Assembly (NCBI RefSeq): GCF_001949145.1
Contig: NW_019091355.1
Location: forward strand, 2,834,646-2,898,645
DNA: 64,000 nucleotides
Direction of reading: 5' to 3'
DNA from: Acanthaster planci
Lineage: Eukaryota
Both the position numbers and the translations under genes were made by a program. Each line of letters starts with the position of its first letter. Position 1 is the first letter of the stretch. Positions 16,920 to 30,937 of this stretch are shown piece by piece. The notes below the pieces were generated by a model. It was given only the letters and a program-made list of their open reading frames with translations. It ran no database searches and was not told the origin of the DNA.

Positions 16920-19338
16920 AATATACAGCTTCTCAAGCAATGAAATCTGAAAGGCACACAGAAACATTTGCATAGCTGAAGTACAGTATATTATCAGTCA
17001 AACTCTCATGGTTTGAACATTGCTTTCAACTGGTCCCATGCAGTTTTAGCTCAGTGCACTGTCAGCACTGCTTTCTATCTGATGAAACCATATTTGGTTA
17101 AGGCTACAAAACTCAGTTTTCAGGCACATTCCCTTTAGTTACAAGTCTACCTAGTTCCTGCAAACAACTTTTAAAGATGAAGAGGAATGGAAAAGATGCA
17201 GATGAGATGAAATATTCATTAATTTCACTGTGCTCTGATGAATTATTCTTAATTATGCATAAAAAGTATCTCATTACTTCCGACCAAATTAGACTTAATC
17301 ATAATTGAAAGCCAGAAAAATACTTGCCCTGCAACCGTCACAAAACGGTTTGACCCCTTCCCTTGAGTGTCCATACAAGAATGCGAGTGAACATTGGGGC
17401 TTGTTTACCAGAAAAAGTATTTCGGGTGTGCTTGTGTGTAGATTTAACAACGTGACAAGATCACTACTTTCATATGGGGTGGAAGTGGGGTAGCTTTTTT
17501 CCTGTCAATGGTAATGTTTTTGGATTTTCTGTGTGTAGGCTGTAGTGATTCACCGAGTTATGTACATGTACGGTAGATCCATGTAACTCGTGTCGATTGG
17601 GGGCTTATTCCAACTATTTAGCAGCTGTGTTCCGGCAGAGGCTCTTAGTTACTCTTGAACAGAACAGAGTAAGTAGGATGCAGTGACAAAATGTCTTGCC
17701 ACAAATATACAATCAGAAAAGGAGTCTGTATTCTCATGTCAGTCGCAGGTTTCAATTTGTGAGGTAGTTATTGGTTGTTGCTGCTTCCAAGGTTTGCTTC
17801 ACAATAAAAAGTCCAAAATATTTTTGTAAGACAGACTTATTGATTTTGACGGCGTTTTGTGGAAGGTTGTTTCAGATGCATCGCTGTGGGGAACAATCAA
17901 GTTATTTCCAGGGATGAACCTCAATGTTATAGTAATTTATTTATTGAAATGTCAGAATTTTGCATATTTTGCCCTTGTTTTGTGATTCATTTAGTACCTT
18001 ACAAACAAACCAGTTAGTTCTTAGTAGATCAAAGAAATTACAAAACATATCAAATAAACGTACAATTGCATAAAGGAAGGGAAAAACAATATTAAAACAA
18101 ACAAAACCACGTAAATATCAAACTGGAATACGTCATACTCATGTATTTCCAAAAGTTTTAATGTGGATGAATTTGTCAACCATGATTTTCTGGAAAATAA
18201 GACACAAAGGACAAGCGAAACAAACATGCTGCAGCCTTTGTAAAAAGTCAAGATCTTCAAGTTGGCATCTGAGCTACTTCTGGGCATGTCGCCCAAACAT
18301 ATTTGACAGTTTGTCGAAAATGTTGTCTCTTTAAGAAACCCTGCTGTGACACGAATATTCATTTCACATCATTTGTCTACTAATGTTAAAATTTGCTGCT
18401 TGCTGCTTATTATGGAATGTGCCCCATAGTGAAATGTACGCATGATCTTGAAAACATATCACCAGAAATGTAAATAATTAATTATGCAAAACTCTAACAA
18501 AAGCAGCAAGATTTTACAAATCTGTTAGGCACCAAAGCAATATTCAGCAAACACATTTCGCTTGGACGGAATTTTGCACTGAACACCAGTGGCTGGAAAG
18601 TGGCCGGATTTCTTCATAACTACAACCCACAGTACACGTCAGGCAAACATCTAGAGCATCAGAAAGAAATACGACATTCTAAGCTGTCCAAAAATTGTAG
18701 ACGTACAGTGGTTTTCAATTTGTAATGGCATATATAGGGATTACAAAACTGGAGACACAGCTTCAGAAAGAAAAGTTGTGTGTCTGATACGTACAGGAAT
18801 TTTCCGTCTCATACTTCAGACTCCAAATACTAAAATTTCACATGTGATTGTACCTCAGAATGAACTTTTCTGTATTAAAATATGAAAACGGTAAATGGCT
18901 TTGTACATGTATATACACATCACTTTACAAAAAAAAATGAGGCAGTTATAAAATATACTTATGTACATCGACACAGCAAATATAATTTCCAATTAACTTA
19001 GTGAATATTAACTCTTTGGTGGACAGTTGGACAGGAAGTTGGAAAGTTAAATCAGCGCACTTGTTATGACAAGCAGGATGAGGTAAGTAACCGTCATTCG
19101 TGGTTTGGGCTATATTTACTTTAGCCGGCAATTCAGAACAAAAATGTAACGTAACCTTAACAACGTTTCCATGTTGACAGGTTCGCATCTTTCACCTTTC
19201 TCTAGTCTGGACTCGAGCCGTCAGTATTCAACCGTTGTAGAAGAGTTACAATGCAATATCAAGTCCACCTTGCACTGGTACAACGGTCATCTGGAAATGT
19301 CTCTCTGTCCTTGGGCAATAAACTTGGGCTCTCCTGTC

Positions 19339-22300
19339 CTATACTGATGATGCTATGACTTGTCTGAAGTTGGTGCTATTAATGGTCCTGAAAAAAATAA
19401 AATTGTCAAATATGGATAAAAGGGGCTACGTCATCAACGTTCAAACCGTTGTACTTCCCATGTACCATAATTGTATCTGAATTACTTGCCAGTTCAAAAT
19501 AAGGAAATGACTGTCATTAGTTCCAGACTTCAAATATTTGGAAACTAATTTTATTACATGTACTTTGCACTCAGTCTTTTTTTTTTGTTTTTTTTTAGTT
19601 TTTTATTTTTCCTTTGATTTATAATACTCTGAAATGCCTTGTCAAAAATGCACTCTTGCGTCATATTACAAGAGTGATCTTTGAAAGTTCCCAAAGTTTC
19701 CCTAAAATTTCTTAAAATTCCAATATATTTCCATTCAGGACAAAATCAATTCAGACTGACCTGAAAACGTTCTGGTTGATGATGGAAGTGGTGGTCGCCG
19801 ATTTGGGACCCGGTGAAGGCATGAATATCTTGCCGCTGTTGTTCATTGGCGGAGGTCCTTTCTTCTTCTTGAGCTTGTAGGGATCGTTGGAATGAGAGGG
19901 GTAAGGGTCAAAGGTCCCCGCCTTGCAACCAGCAATCTGAAGATAACAGAAGACAAGTTAATGTGACGACACGTATCGATAGGTAGTTTGGAGAACAGGT
20001 ATACTACGGAGGAAAAGCAAAAACACCGAGGTACTTTTAAAATTTTTTGTAAAAATTGAAGAATGCAGTTTACTGGCCAAATTGCTTAACAACCTTAGGA
20101 AAAAAATTGTCCTGGTATTCCATGAAGTCTGGTTTTATTTGAAATTGTGGCCCAACCTAACAAACATTAGTCATGAGTGGCAACAGTGACTTTTGAATCG
20201 AAAGACCTCAGAAAATATCATTGTGTGAATCAACCCTTGACATTATTGACCCACATAACTGTCCATTTCAACCGAATGCTAAACTGAGCAATACATCAAA
20301 ATAAGGAGACCAGTTCGCTTTTTCCAACACAAACTAAAACCAAACTCATGGCCTTAGGACTCATTTTGCGGGATCCGGTCACACATATCTGCTGGTCAAA
20401 ATATTAAGTGTGGTCTTTTTGGAACGATGTGTCCTTACTTCTTTTGCTGGGTGACTGGGCTTGAACGGTTTGACTTCTCTCTTGGGCGTTCCGATCTTCT
20501 TGATGGGTGGCAAGGGTTTGTCAGTAGCGTAGGGGTTGGCGTCAAACACTGCCTTCGGGTGCATCCCCAGCTTGAAGGCTCCACCTTTGGTCGCGCTCTT
20601 GTGGGCCTCTAGTTCTTTCTGAAAGTATTGTTACAGTTGAAGTGTTGCACATCAGGCATTTGCAGCAACCATGTCTACGTGTACATATATGTCAGTGCAC
20701 TGGCATTTGATTATAAGAGGATAACCGTGAAGTATGGATAAAGGCCAGTTCATCGTTAAATTTGGTAGGTACTTACCCGTCTTAATTCTTTGCCTTTGTT
20801 GTATGGGTTGGATGAATAGGTATAGCCTTTGCCTATCGTTAGCGATGGGTACCTAATTGAAGAAGAATTTTAAACATGTGATATACTGTGGTTCGAGTGT
20901 TCATCCCCAAAATGGACTTCTTTCAAAACATTTAACAACAAAAATTGAACCATTTCTACTCGCTTACCCATATCCTGTTCCGATTTTTCCTGGATTTGTG
21001 GTGAAGTTTCTACCGTCCGATTTGTAGGGTTTTCCGGGTTTCTTCACCGGACTGAAGGCTCCCACAGGACCGGATAGTGTGCCATAATGGTTGCCAAGTC
21101 CACTCCTAAAACACAAGTATGAATGAAAACTTACTGACAACCTATTCCTTTCCTAGCTGAAAATGTGCAGACTCCATATGGATCTGCTGAATGGAAAAAT
21201 CAGGTGAGGCCGATGTGCTTTTTTTTACTACAAATACAAAACAGCTGAAAACTAGCCACAAGATGCGTTCATTTCAAAATTATTACACTGACTGTCCTCG
21301 GGAGAAACTTTGGGAAAAGTAGTTTGCTTGGAGTGGTTGCACCCTGGACATAAACCAGTCACATTCAAAGAATTATACATGCACATTTCTCCTAAATCAA
21401 TATCCAGCTCACAAAGGATGTATGTCATTGCACAAACTTGTCTTGGTGTGGGTAGGTAACCAACAGCTGTGAAACTTCTTGTCAGATTGTCAGAAATATA
21501 TACTGACTCGACTGTAAGAAGTTGTATTCCAACAACTTTTGAGGAGTGTTCATGGAACACACAAATGTGAAGCAACTCTTATAATTGCTGAGAGAAGAGC
21601 GTGGTGGAGGGGTTAGGGATAGAATCCACCTGCTGGCCACAGGTTGTATCCTTGAGCAAGCCACTTTACCCCAATTTGCCTCTCTCCACCAAGGAGTCTA
21701 TAAAGGGGCAACTGCATTAGCTGGGGAGTAACTAGACTTGACTCAAGTCGGGATCTCTATGACGTCTTTGTTTCTGCTTTGGATACGCATCTAATCGAGA
21801 CCGCCATTACTTGCTTCGCGTCCTTTTGTGTCGTTTTATTACTCTGAATTCAGTTGAGAAATCCCGACTTGACGAATCTGCCAACCGTTTGTACACAGGG
21901 AATCGGCTTATCTACCAAAAGTGGTAGTAGCAAATCACATTGCAGGACTTGTTTTTACGTCGTTCATACCTGCATTATTATGACCGAGTCTACAAGTCTG
22001 ACTACTTTGATTGGTGGAAATTCCGTATACATTATGCAAGATCATGTTGTTCATATGCAATTATGAATGACTACATATCACTGCAGGGGGTCCGATTGGC
22101 TTATTCATCAAGTCGGACTTACTCACTGGTGACATATGATATACGTTGTACAATAAAGGCTATCAAATAAGGGTGCCTTATGCAACCTGCCGGGCCGAGC
22201 GTGACGACCATCGCAGTAGTGCGTACTGGCTGAAGGGATAGCTAACTAGGGCAGAGCAATGTAAGTCTGACTTGATTTCAGTCTAGGGAGTAACCTGTGA

Positions 22301-23381
22301 TGGACTGGCATCCCAACCAAGGGGTGCACAGCTATTCCCAGTTGTTTCGTGCCAAGGAAACTGGAGATAGACCCTGGCCTGATGGGCCAGGGTGGCCCAG
22401 GACAGATTTTGCTTAGGACCCCTTGTCACTACGGTACTCACTGCATTTTGGTCCCACTGCTGGGCAGGAATGCCTTCCCAATGTTCTTCTTGGATTCCTT
22501 GACTTTGTACTGCCTACGCATCTTCACAGGGTCACTGTACGCTTCGCCCTCCATGATGCGGGTGAACTTCTCGCTGAAGTAACCCCCTTGCCCTGCCGTC
22601 CTGGTCTTGCTTCCACCAGGCAGCATTTGCTTGCCTTTGTAAGCGGACACGTTGAAGGCCTCTGCAAACACGAAGAATGGAACAGCAACTCTTTAAAAGT
22701 GTCCAACACAAAGACCATGTTCGTTTGGATACACTCTCATCTTTCATCTGTAATTTTTCTGATTCTCTGTATTTTGCAAAGACTGAAAACATTACACAAG
22801 TAGTAGGACTCCTAATGCAAGTATATTTGTTGGGTATGAGCCCACATGATCTGTCAGTTGATCAGTCAACTGAACTGTGATATCAGTTGAGAATTCAGGA
22901 CATCTTGGACTTCATCCTTCAGGGAAAAAGCCTTCCACAACTGTGGAAGAAAAGGTGATTTGGCAACTTCATTGGAGTATGCCTGACCTTTTGACCTATG
23001 CTTGCATAACCGAGGGAGGTATCTGTCATTGCTTCACACCCTCAGACAGGAGACCTAAGTAGCTCTCAAATGACACCTAATTTGTCCAGATAGGCAGAAG
23101 TTAAACGTTGACAGATCAGGCATCAAGATTGATCAGTAATGCTGTGATCAACCGACTGCGTCCAACATGTAGGGTTACGATCACCATGACGCTCGGAAAA
23201 GGGATGAAAATATCTGCTGTTGCCTGTAAAATGTACATTCAAACTGCTATACCAACAAACCCAAAACTAACTTACTTGTTCCAGGCATTTTGTATTTATC
23301 ACTAATTGTCACATATTCCATCTCCTGAAACAGGCCGATGCGTTCCATGTCGGTCTTTCCACTCCCCTTCTCAGACGGCAT
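19339..23381 (-). CDS. CFAP96: Cilia- and flagella-associated protein 96 (UPF0602 / C4orf47 homolog), 7 coding exons, about 314 aa
   Basis: Exons (minus): 23381-23276, 22661-22442, 21105-20968, 20852-20777, 20618-20439, 19936-19761, 19387-19339. MPSEKGSGKTDMERIGLFQEMEY...KQMLPGGSK...KNIGKAFLPS...NPGKIGTGYGY...FDANPY...KAGTFDPYPSHSNDPY...PGPKS are hallmark C4orf47 segments. An acceptor near 23437 implies an upstream non-coding exon. Confidence 0.93.
21600..22410 (+). mobile_element. Deu/Nin-type SINE interrupted by a DNA-transposon insertion
   Basis: The 5' part gttgtatccttgagcaagccacttt...gcctctctccaccaaggagt and the 3' part ggagtaacctgtgatggactggcatcc...gaaactggagata resemble Deu/Nin SINE cores as I recall them; the element is split at 21733-22285. 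Confidence 0.6.
21733..22285. mobile_element. Non-autonomous DNA transposon with TAG...CTA termini and a 9-bp TSD (Academ/AcademH-like)
   Basis: Imperfect TIR tagacttgactcaagtc / gacttgatttcagtcta; gggagtaac duplicated at 21724-21732 and 22286-22294. Confidence 0.75.
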
Positions 23382-24569
23382 CTTGAAGCTGTCTGTGGAA
23401 CTCTGCTGTCAAAGAATGCTGTTGGCCCTTTGTAGTCTGAAAAAAACCCAATTGTGATCCTCTAAGTAAAGTTGTTATTTACCACACGCATTCTTGTAGT
23501 CATATTTTATAATGTACAGCCTATCATAAGGTCTTGAAATAAACAAAAACTTTGGTGTAATGTACCCACAGAACTGTGGGGTTCGACATCCCCTGTGTGG
23601 GAGCGCAGCAGATGATGAACCCCACAGTTTTGGGGTGGGTGTACAAAAATCCATGCTGGTGGTGCCTATGTTATCTAACCACTGAACCAGAAATTTATTC
23701 CAACTATTTTTAGCAAACAAATGTGTTGGTGTCATGGTGCCTTGTTGTACATTATAAATGCACCACGTTATGTCCTGTCCGTGTCCTGTGTAAGGCGCCT
23801 TACCAAATACTCAAGATGTGTTTGCCACGTTTTCCAAACATGTAGCCCATTTTAAATTTGTTAACTGTACGCTTACAAGTCAAAATTCCATCATCCGACA
23901 TGTCAAACGTCAATCATTCTATGTTCTCATTACTTCCATTTTCATTTTTTCATTTTACGCAGTGATACTCAACCATACCACCTTCAACGTTTTCCAAATT
24001 TGAACTTTTAAGTTTTAGGACCTCAATCTCACTTTATTTCCACATACGACAAAATATTAGATATTGTGTATAACACAAGAAAAAACAATACATGTCATGT
24101 ATGTGGAGGGATCCCATCGGAATAAAAGCTTGTCGAGAATGGGAACCCTTCAATATCCACCACGGTCACTAACACGATTGGCACGTGTGGAAAAGGATGC
24201 ATAAATTGGGACATAAATTTTAGGCCTAACTCGACTAGCTCGCATGGAGGCTAGGTGTGTTCTTATCTTCTACGCACCACCAAAACTCTACAGTATTTGT
24301 TATACTCACAGTCACGCTATATGATGAGAGATAAGTACACTAAGTCGCTCGATGTTGAACAAATGCTGTCTCTAACGCATATTGTTGATCGGAGACTGTC
24401 CGTAGGCCACGAATCATGCCAACGCATAGCCGGAAATGGGCCTCGGCTTACACGTACACGCACACAACCTTGCTTCGGCTCCGATATGCGATACACCTCT
24501 GTTTCAACACGTCGCCAAGCAACAGATCTTTGCTGGTAGACTGGAAACCTAGCCTCATCTTGCACAGAT

Positions 24570-25250
24570 TGAGCTGGTGTCCTATCTAACGCTCGCCGCG
24601 CGTGCGGCTTCATAAATTTGCAAAAAAAACCGATGAGTTTTTTAATGTGAAATACTGATTGCCTGTAGTCATGGTAGCGTCGGTAAAATGCCAAAGCACA
24701 AATTGGTCGACGAATCACTATTATTACAAAGAAAATTCTGGCAAAAAATTTTTCTTCCGGAAATAGCTTTAGCCTACACAGTTGTTAATATCCCGAAACG
24801 GATTAATCAGTTACTGAAGAAATAAAATGAAGTAAAATTCATTCTCTCTTCGAGGGGTGTTATTCTGCTTTGTCAAATGAATCTGCGCTTGGAGGAAGCA
24901 GACGTCAGTCAATGTATTAATGAGTGATTGATAATTTAACCAATAAACCTAAATTGTTTCGTTGTGCATTTTGCAGACTGTTCAGCTGCAGAAGACATGA
25001 TGATGTGGGTGTGCGCGTGGTCGCCAGAGACTAAACTTGAAGATACCATAAAAGCGACAAAAAATAAAAGTTAGGGCACGCACTGAATCAGAGTCGAGGC
25101 TAATGGAGCTCAAGTTTTGAAATATACGAAACCTCAACGTATCCGAGTGGGCCATATTTTTCTCATCTGGGAGAAAAATCAGTCTCTTAAATGGTATAAT
25201 AATAAATAAATATCAGTAAATTATATGAAATTTTAATTCCTTACTACAGG
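24570..25250 (+). pseudogene. Decayed inverted genomic duplicate of the 3' end of the multi-VFT GPCR (end of exon 21, last intron, last exon, part of 3'UTR)
   Basis: cagctgcagaagacatga (24983-25000) is the exact reverse complement of 33166-33183. The intron block ttggaggaagcagacgtcagtca resembles ttggtggaagcagatgtcagtca. The UTR block cgtatccgagtgggcc (25138-25153) matches 33003-33018 with one mismatch. The donor is altered to ccgatgagt and the frame shifts after AAEDM. End coordinates are approximate. Confidence 0.8.
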
Positions 25251-28200
25251 TTTAAAGTTGATTGTTCCGGGACAGCGGTTCCCTTACTGTGATGTTAACC
25301 ACATTACCTAACTCACCAGGAATGGTCCATGTATTCATAAAAAGAATGTATTCATTAATTTACAATTTAATGACAAGTATAAAACACATTATCTACAAAA
25401 TCATATTTTACCATTGACAACACACTTCTGGTTCTTTTATAAAAGTCATTCTACTGTTACTGTTATTTCAGTTCATTTGTTTTTGCATCTCACAAAACTC
25501 AAACAAGGAAATGGTACGACCTCAGGAAAACAGCTCAGAAAATCATGGGTCTAGAATTACCAACTCTTGAAAGTCGGTACAGTAATTAACCAAGGTAAAT
25601 GGTTTCATTTCCCCCTCTGTTTAATAACTGGGGTTGTAATAAATCAGGATTATGCTTGGGTGTTCCCCGCAACATTAAACCTCGCTAGATTCAATTGTTC
25701 GGGATTCAATATTCCCCTCATCACGCGTGAAACGAAACTCTTAATATTGACCATAAAATTATAAGGTTATGTACAAACAATCACACATTGCCGTGAGATA
25801 ATTATTCAAGTTCATACAAATAGTTACATGTAACATGATTTAATGAGAAGCAGATCCTACAAAACTGCGTACTGGCAGCATTAAAACATCGTTTACCAAT
25901 CAAAGTGTACTGCAAGTGTGTGCATTGAATTAAAAACTGCAACTCACCATTCGAACTGCTTTCTCATGCCTCCCGTAAGCTGCAGGCAGCCAGAAACGTA
26001 AGGTTATCGGCAGAGGCTGGCAAAAAGGAAGTTGTTACCTCTAGCCGAAGTTCCATCGAAATCAACAACTCGCGCATTTTTTGCTCAGCAAGAAAACTCT
26101 GAAATGCACAAAAGAATGTCTGGTATGCGAAAAGAACAAAAGCGAGGATACAACATATTCTAATTCCGAGCGTAAAATCCGGGGCGGAACTGTGAGAAGA
26201 AAGTGTGAGACCGCAGGAGGGCGCCAGTCAGAATTGTTTATGGTTGCAGGCCACTAAGTAAACTGTCGTAGCCAACAGTGTATACCCGAACTTCAAAAAA
26301 ATCAGGAAAAATACTCACGAGTTTCTCAGGCGTTCGAGATGCACGTCAAATTAAAGCCCAGATTATGATGTTTCATTTCCTTTTCAAATTTCCATTCATT
26401 AACTCATGACTTCCGAAGATATTTATTTCCACAGAGGGTCACCCGTACAATGCAGTCTTGAAGCCCCTCGTCATTTTTAAATATCGATACCTACACTTCT
26501 CTAAAAATACTCCGTTTCCAGGCACCGATTTCTTCCAAATCTCACTAAGATGTACGCTGGTATTCTCTTTACCCGCCTAAACCTGTATTTTCTACAAATC
26601 TTCAAGTTCATGGGCCACAAAATGCTCTATTTCGTAGGGAATTGAGTGCATTTCTAATTGTAATTTGACCCGCGCAAGCAGTTTTCGGATTATTTACCGG
26701 TCTGCATCTTGTACGCACGTCTAGCGTACAGCACACGTTTGCGAAAGTACAAAGCTGACAAGTGAAACGACGGAACAGAATCAATGTGACTCAACAAAGC
26801 AAAATGAACCAGCGTTAGGTGAGAGCAGGGCGAAAACTGGACCTGGTAACACCCAAAATATTTTTATTTTACCTTTTCCAAAATAATGTTCACTTTCATG
26901 AAAATATACTGAAACAAGATGACGAATATTATTACACTCGATTGCTATATTATCGCGGAAATTTGACCATCGCAGTATCGGAAATTTTGAATGTTGCGTT
27001 GCCAGTGAGTTCCCAATCGGCAATATTCGCCCAGGTCATCAATAATCTATGGCCTGAGGATAAGTTTTGTTAAAGCAGAGAGAGAAACTCTGCACGTTTC
27101 CGTAAGTTTTGATAATCGATGTATTTTTTCCGAAATTTGTACACTCTCCTTGACTGTGTCCATCATTACCTACCGTCCATCTCTTTAACAGTTATTTGTA
27201 ACGCCACCCTGCCACTGGATATCAATTGCTGGGTTCCCATGTCAATTTCAAAATGACCAATGGTGTTTAAAGGAACATTTTAACTGCTAAGATTTCCATT
27301 TTTTTTGAGTCAAAATAAGGGCTTCTGCGCTGAAAAACCTTTTGCGTGTGTAAAGCGCGCCCCCAATCTCCATTAATTGATAATTATGTCGGCATTATTG
27401 TCGCAATTTGTTTGCTTTTCTAATACAATTTGAAGAATTTCCAACTGATATTTAGAATTTGTAACATACATTTTAAATAAAATAGTTCAGGTTTTTGATG
27501 AGATGGTTATAACTCTCGGAAAATTAGAACTCAGAAAGAAGACATTTTTACCAATTGTTTCAGACATCAATAAAAAAAATGAGTCCACCAAAAAATGAAA
27601 TTTGCGATACCCACATAATTTATTATTCCTTCGGCAAAACACAAATTGAAGTCATGAGATGAATGTCGTTGCTACAGTCTGCTGGTGGAATCTACATCAC
27701 AACATTTTGGACACTTGAAGTCTCATGTAAAATAATGAAGATATTGCAGTAACAGGCAAATAAATTGGCACCCGTTTCGCACACTTCTTCACCACCGCAC
27801 AATTACATACATGTACCTTTGTCAAATGGAACATCTGAAGTCTGGTCTCTACCTCTTGGCAGTTATGCCACCAGACTACTGAATGGTCTATCTTGAATAC
27901 GATAGACAAGTTCTGGCCTTATACCGTGCTCCTAACTGAAATCACTTCAATCCGCAAAGACATGCCCAAAATGAAGCTTGCGAACGCGGTTGTGAGTTCT
28001 GTCTCGTGCATGTGCTTTGTTCCCAATTGACCTTGCTTCTTTAGTGCTTGAAATAATGGAAATGGTTTATTAATAATTGGAAAAAACGCAATGGCTGTTC
28101 TTATTTCAGATGCACCCCTGTAAAAGTTTGTGGATTATGTTTACCTCTTAAAAAAAGTACAGCATTATTTGATTTTTATTTTTTAAACTATGTAACTTCC

Positions 28201-28337
28201 TGTTCCATTTGTGTACCTTTTCCAAGTTCCAACCAAGCACAGATAGTCAACTAAAGACCCACTGTCTTCTAATTTGCACTACTGCAACATTTTGCCGGTG
28301 CTGCCTCCAAGTTGTGGCCTGAGACAGACCAACTGAA

Positions 28338-30521
28338 CTAATGCTCATCAGAATGAGTCATCTTAATGTTCACTTCCATGACGTCTTTGAGGAGGGTTCG
28401 ACAGTTGTTCGTCAGAGGATTCCCCTCCAAGTTGATCTCTTGCAAAGTTGATGAAGCCGTTGACAAACACTGGCAGTCTACATCTGGATGCACAGTAAAT
28501 GCATAGAATCATTGGGAAATTCCGAATAAAAAAACTACCACCCACAGTGCACCATGGTTGCATGTCTTCAACTTTCATCCTATCTCCGTGTACATGTATC
28601 ATACATTGCCCTTGGGCAAGGTTCTTTGTCACTCTTTGCTTCTCCCCCCCCCCCCGGAGTAATTGGGTACCTGTGAGGGCGGAGATGATTTAGCTGCTCT
28701 GCTGAAATAGTGGCATCGAGCTGTATACTCCCCAGGGAGCTGAGTTGGTATTTGGAATGTTTCATGAGCCCGATCAGCAGGGGTAAGCATAATGGAAAAT
28801 GCTCCGGTCTTAGTTAAAAGCACTACATAAGAACCCTGTTATTATTATTCAGCCATCTGTGCATTGTGTGCTGTAAACTGGGCGAAATGGAGAAGAGTGG
28901 AGTTAAAAAAAAAGAAATTGAGATGAAACTGAACAGTTTTGAGGTATTGTGACACTCCCCTTGCACTCAGCCGATGTCGTTACGGTACTTAACCAGCCAG
29001 GCTTGTTCATCCAGGCTATTGAAGTCTTACCGGAAATACTGTTATTCTGAAGATTCAGCACCTCCAATTTTGGAAGACTAGAGATGATTGCTGCTGGGAA
29101 TACAGTGAGGACGTTGTTGGCTAAATTGAGAGTCTGAAGGTCGTGTAGTCGTGACAGCCCATCTTGGAGACTTTCAAGTTTGTTTGACGACAGGTCAAGG
29201 ACTGGCATTAAACATTGAATTACAGAAAATAGAAATGAATACAATACAATCACTAACTTTTGGCATCCTGGACAGGGTTGGTTTCTGAAAGGTACTAAAA
29301 TAGCATTTACTGCATTCAGAAATGAACTAGTCATTTTAATTACAGGGAGGGACCACGGTTTCTAAAGACCAACCTGTTGAGATAAGATCAGAAGGTTTTC
29401 ATGGTGGATCGCTGTAAGGCTTGTGGTTTGCAGTGACACCATGTAGCTACATGTAGCTTGAAAGATCAATCTCTTTTGTGAGCATGTGCGACTCCACAAG
29501 CAGCCAGTTAAATCAATGTTTCAGACGGTGTGCTCTCTCTGTCGCCAAATGTGAGATCGCCAATGTACACAGTTCACACCCACACACATTGCCACTTACC
29601 TTTCAAATGAACAAACGTTGCGGCAAACTTGGCCGGCAATTTCTTCAGCAAGTTATGCGACAAGTCACATGACTCGATGGTGGTGTGCCTCGTGAGGTGG
29701 AAGACGGCGTCAGGGAAGGCGGTCAGGAGGCAGTGGGACAAGTCTGGAAAAGAAATTGGTAATGTTAACAAAATGAAACAATTGATGCAGGATTGTCAAA
29801 GTACGTGTATAATAAGGAGTGGCCATCGAAAAAAAGAGACTGTAAATGACTTGTCCATGTAGAGTGCAACAGGGCAAACAGAATAAGAAGCCGTTAAAGT
29901 GGTGGCACACTGCTCATGGACAGGTGGTGCGCACACGTTGAGCGACTCGGTAACCAATAGGGTGTCGTGATTCTCCAAGTACAAGTGTGTCAAGTGCAAT
30001 GCCACCCAGTTATGGCGCCTCTACAAACTAGTCAAATGGGGTTGTGTGTGACACTGTAGATAGGCCTAAGTTCTCAAATTTACACATAACTGAAAACTCC
30101 TGATAGAAAAATGATAATGCATGACTACCAGGTAATGGTCCAATAACAGCATGTAATTTAACCCTATGGAACCGACTCTTTGGCTAAAGGGCTTTGTAAA
30201 GCCAATCGGTACAAGTCTGCATGTGTGCAATTTCAAGAGTAACCATGATAATTTGACTGAATGACTGGTTAGAATGCATGTAATGTATTATGACACACAC
30301 TGGTTACAATAAAATTACCGGTCATGCCGGTAAGGTGATAAGCACCACCTCAGTCGATCTCCATGATGCCCAGTGACATATAACTATCACCGGCATGATC
30401 AGTGATGACCAACTAACTACATGTAGTAAGCTACATTCCTCAATCAGTGCTCACCAAGTTTGCAATCTTCACTTGCTTGCTCACATCGGTGGACGACCCT
30501 CGTCACGTCACCTGCCGCCAT
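28338..30521 (-). CDS. LRRC20: Leucine-rich repeat-containing protein 20, 4 coding exons, about 175 aa
   Basis: Exons (minus): 30521-30455, 29743-29600, 29201-29031, 28483-28338. MAAGDVTRVVHRCEQA...LDLSHCLLTAFPDAVFHL...KKLPAKFAATF...LDLSSNKLESL...INLEGNPL. The small LRR-only architecture and N-terminus are typical of LRRC20. Confidence 0.88.
28600..28849 (+). mobile_element. 5'-truncated Deu-type SINE with (tat)n tail in an LRRC20 intron
   Basis: gcccttgggcaagg...ccggagtaattgggtacctg...ctgtatactccccagggagctgag...aagcactacataagaa...ttattattatt. Confidence 0.6.
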
Positions 30522-30937
30522 TGACACGATGCGCATGTACTCTCCAGTCTAGCCTACCATGTACATTTAAACGGAGTACGACTGACGCAATGCAGACAAC
30601 GTCCACAGCACGACTGACCTCCGCGGCTACGTAAAACTTGCTCTCCACACAACATCACATCAGGACCAACAAACATCTGGCTAATGGGTGCGAATTGTAA
30701 TTGTTGTGTTATGAAAGGATAACACTCACCAAGTACTGCGTAGTATCATTTGGAAGGCACACAGGTAATTTGCAAGGTCACGTTACTCAGAAAAGAGTGC
30801 AGATGGGTTGTAGCTCTATGGTAGCACAGAGGCCGATCCGACACTCCGTCAGAAAAGGAAACAGGAAGCAGCTGCTTGAGGAAAGGGCGCCACCGCAAGT
30901 TGCGCTCGTCCATAGGCCATGATGAGGTTGCACTACA

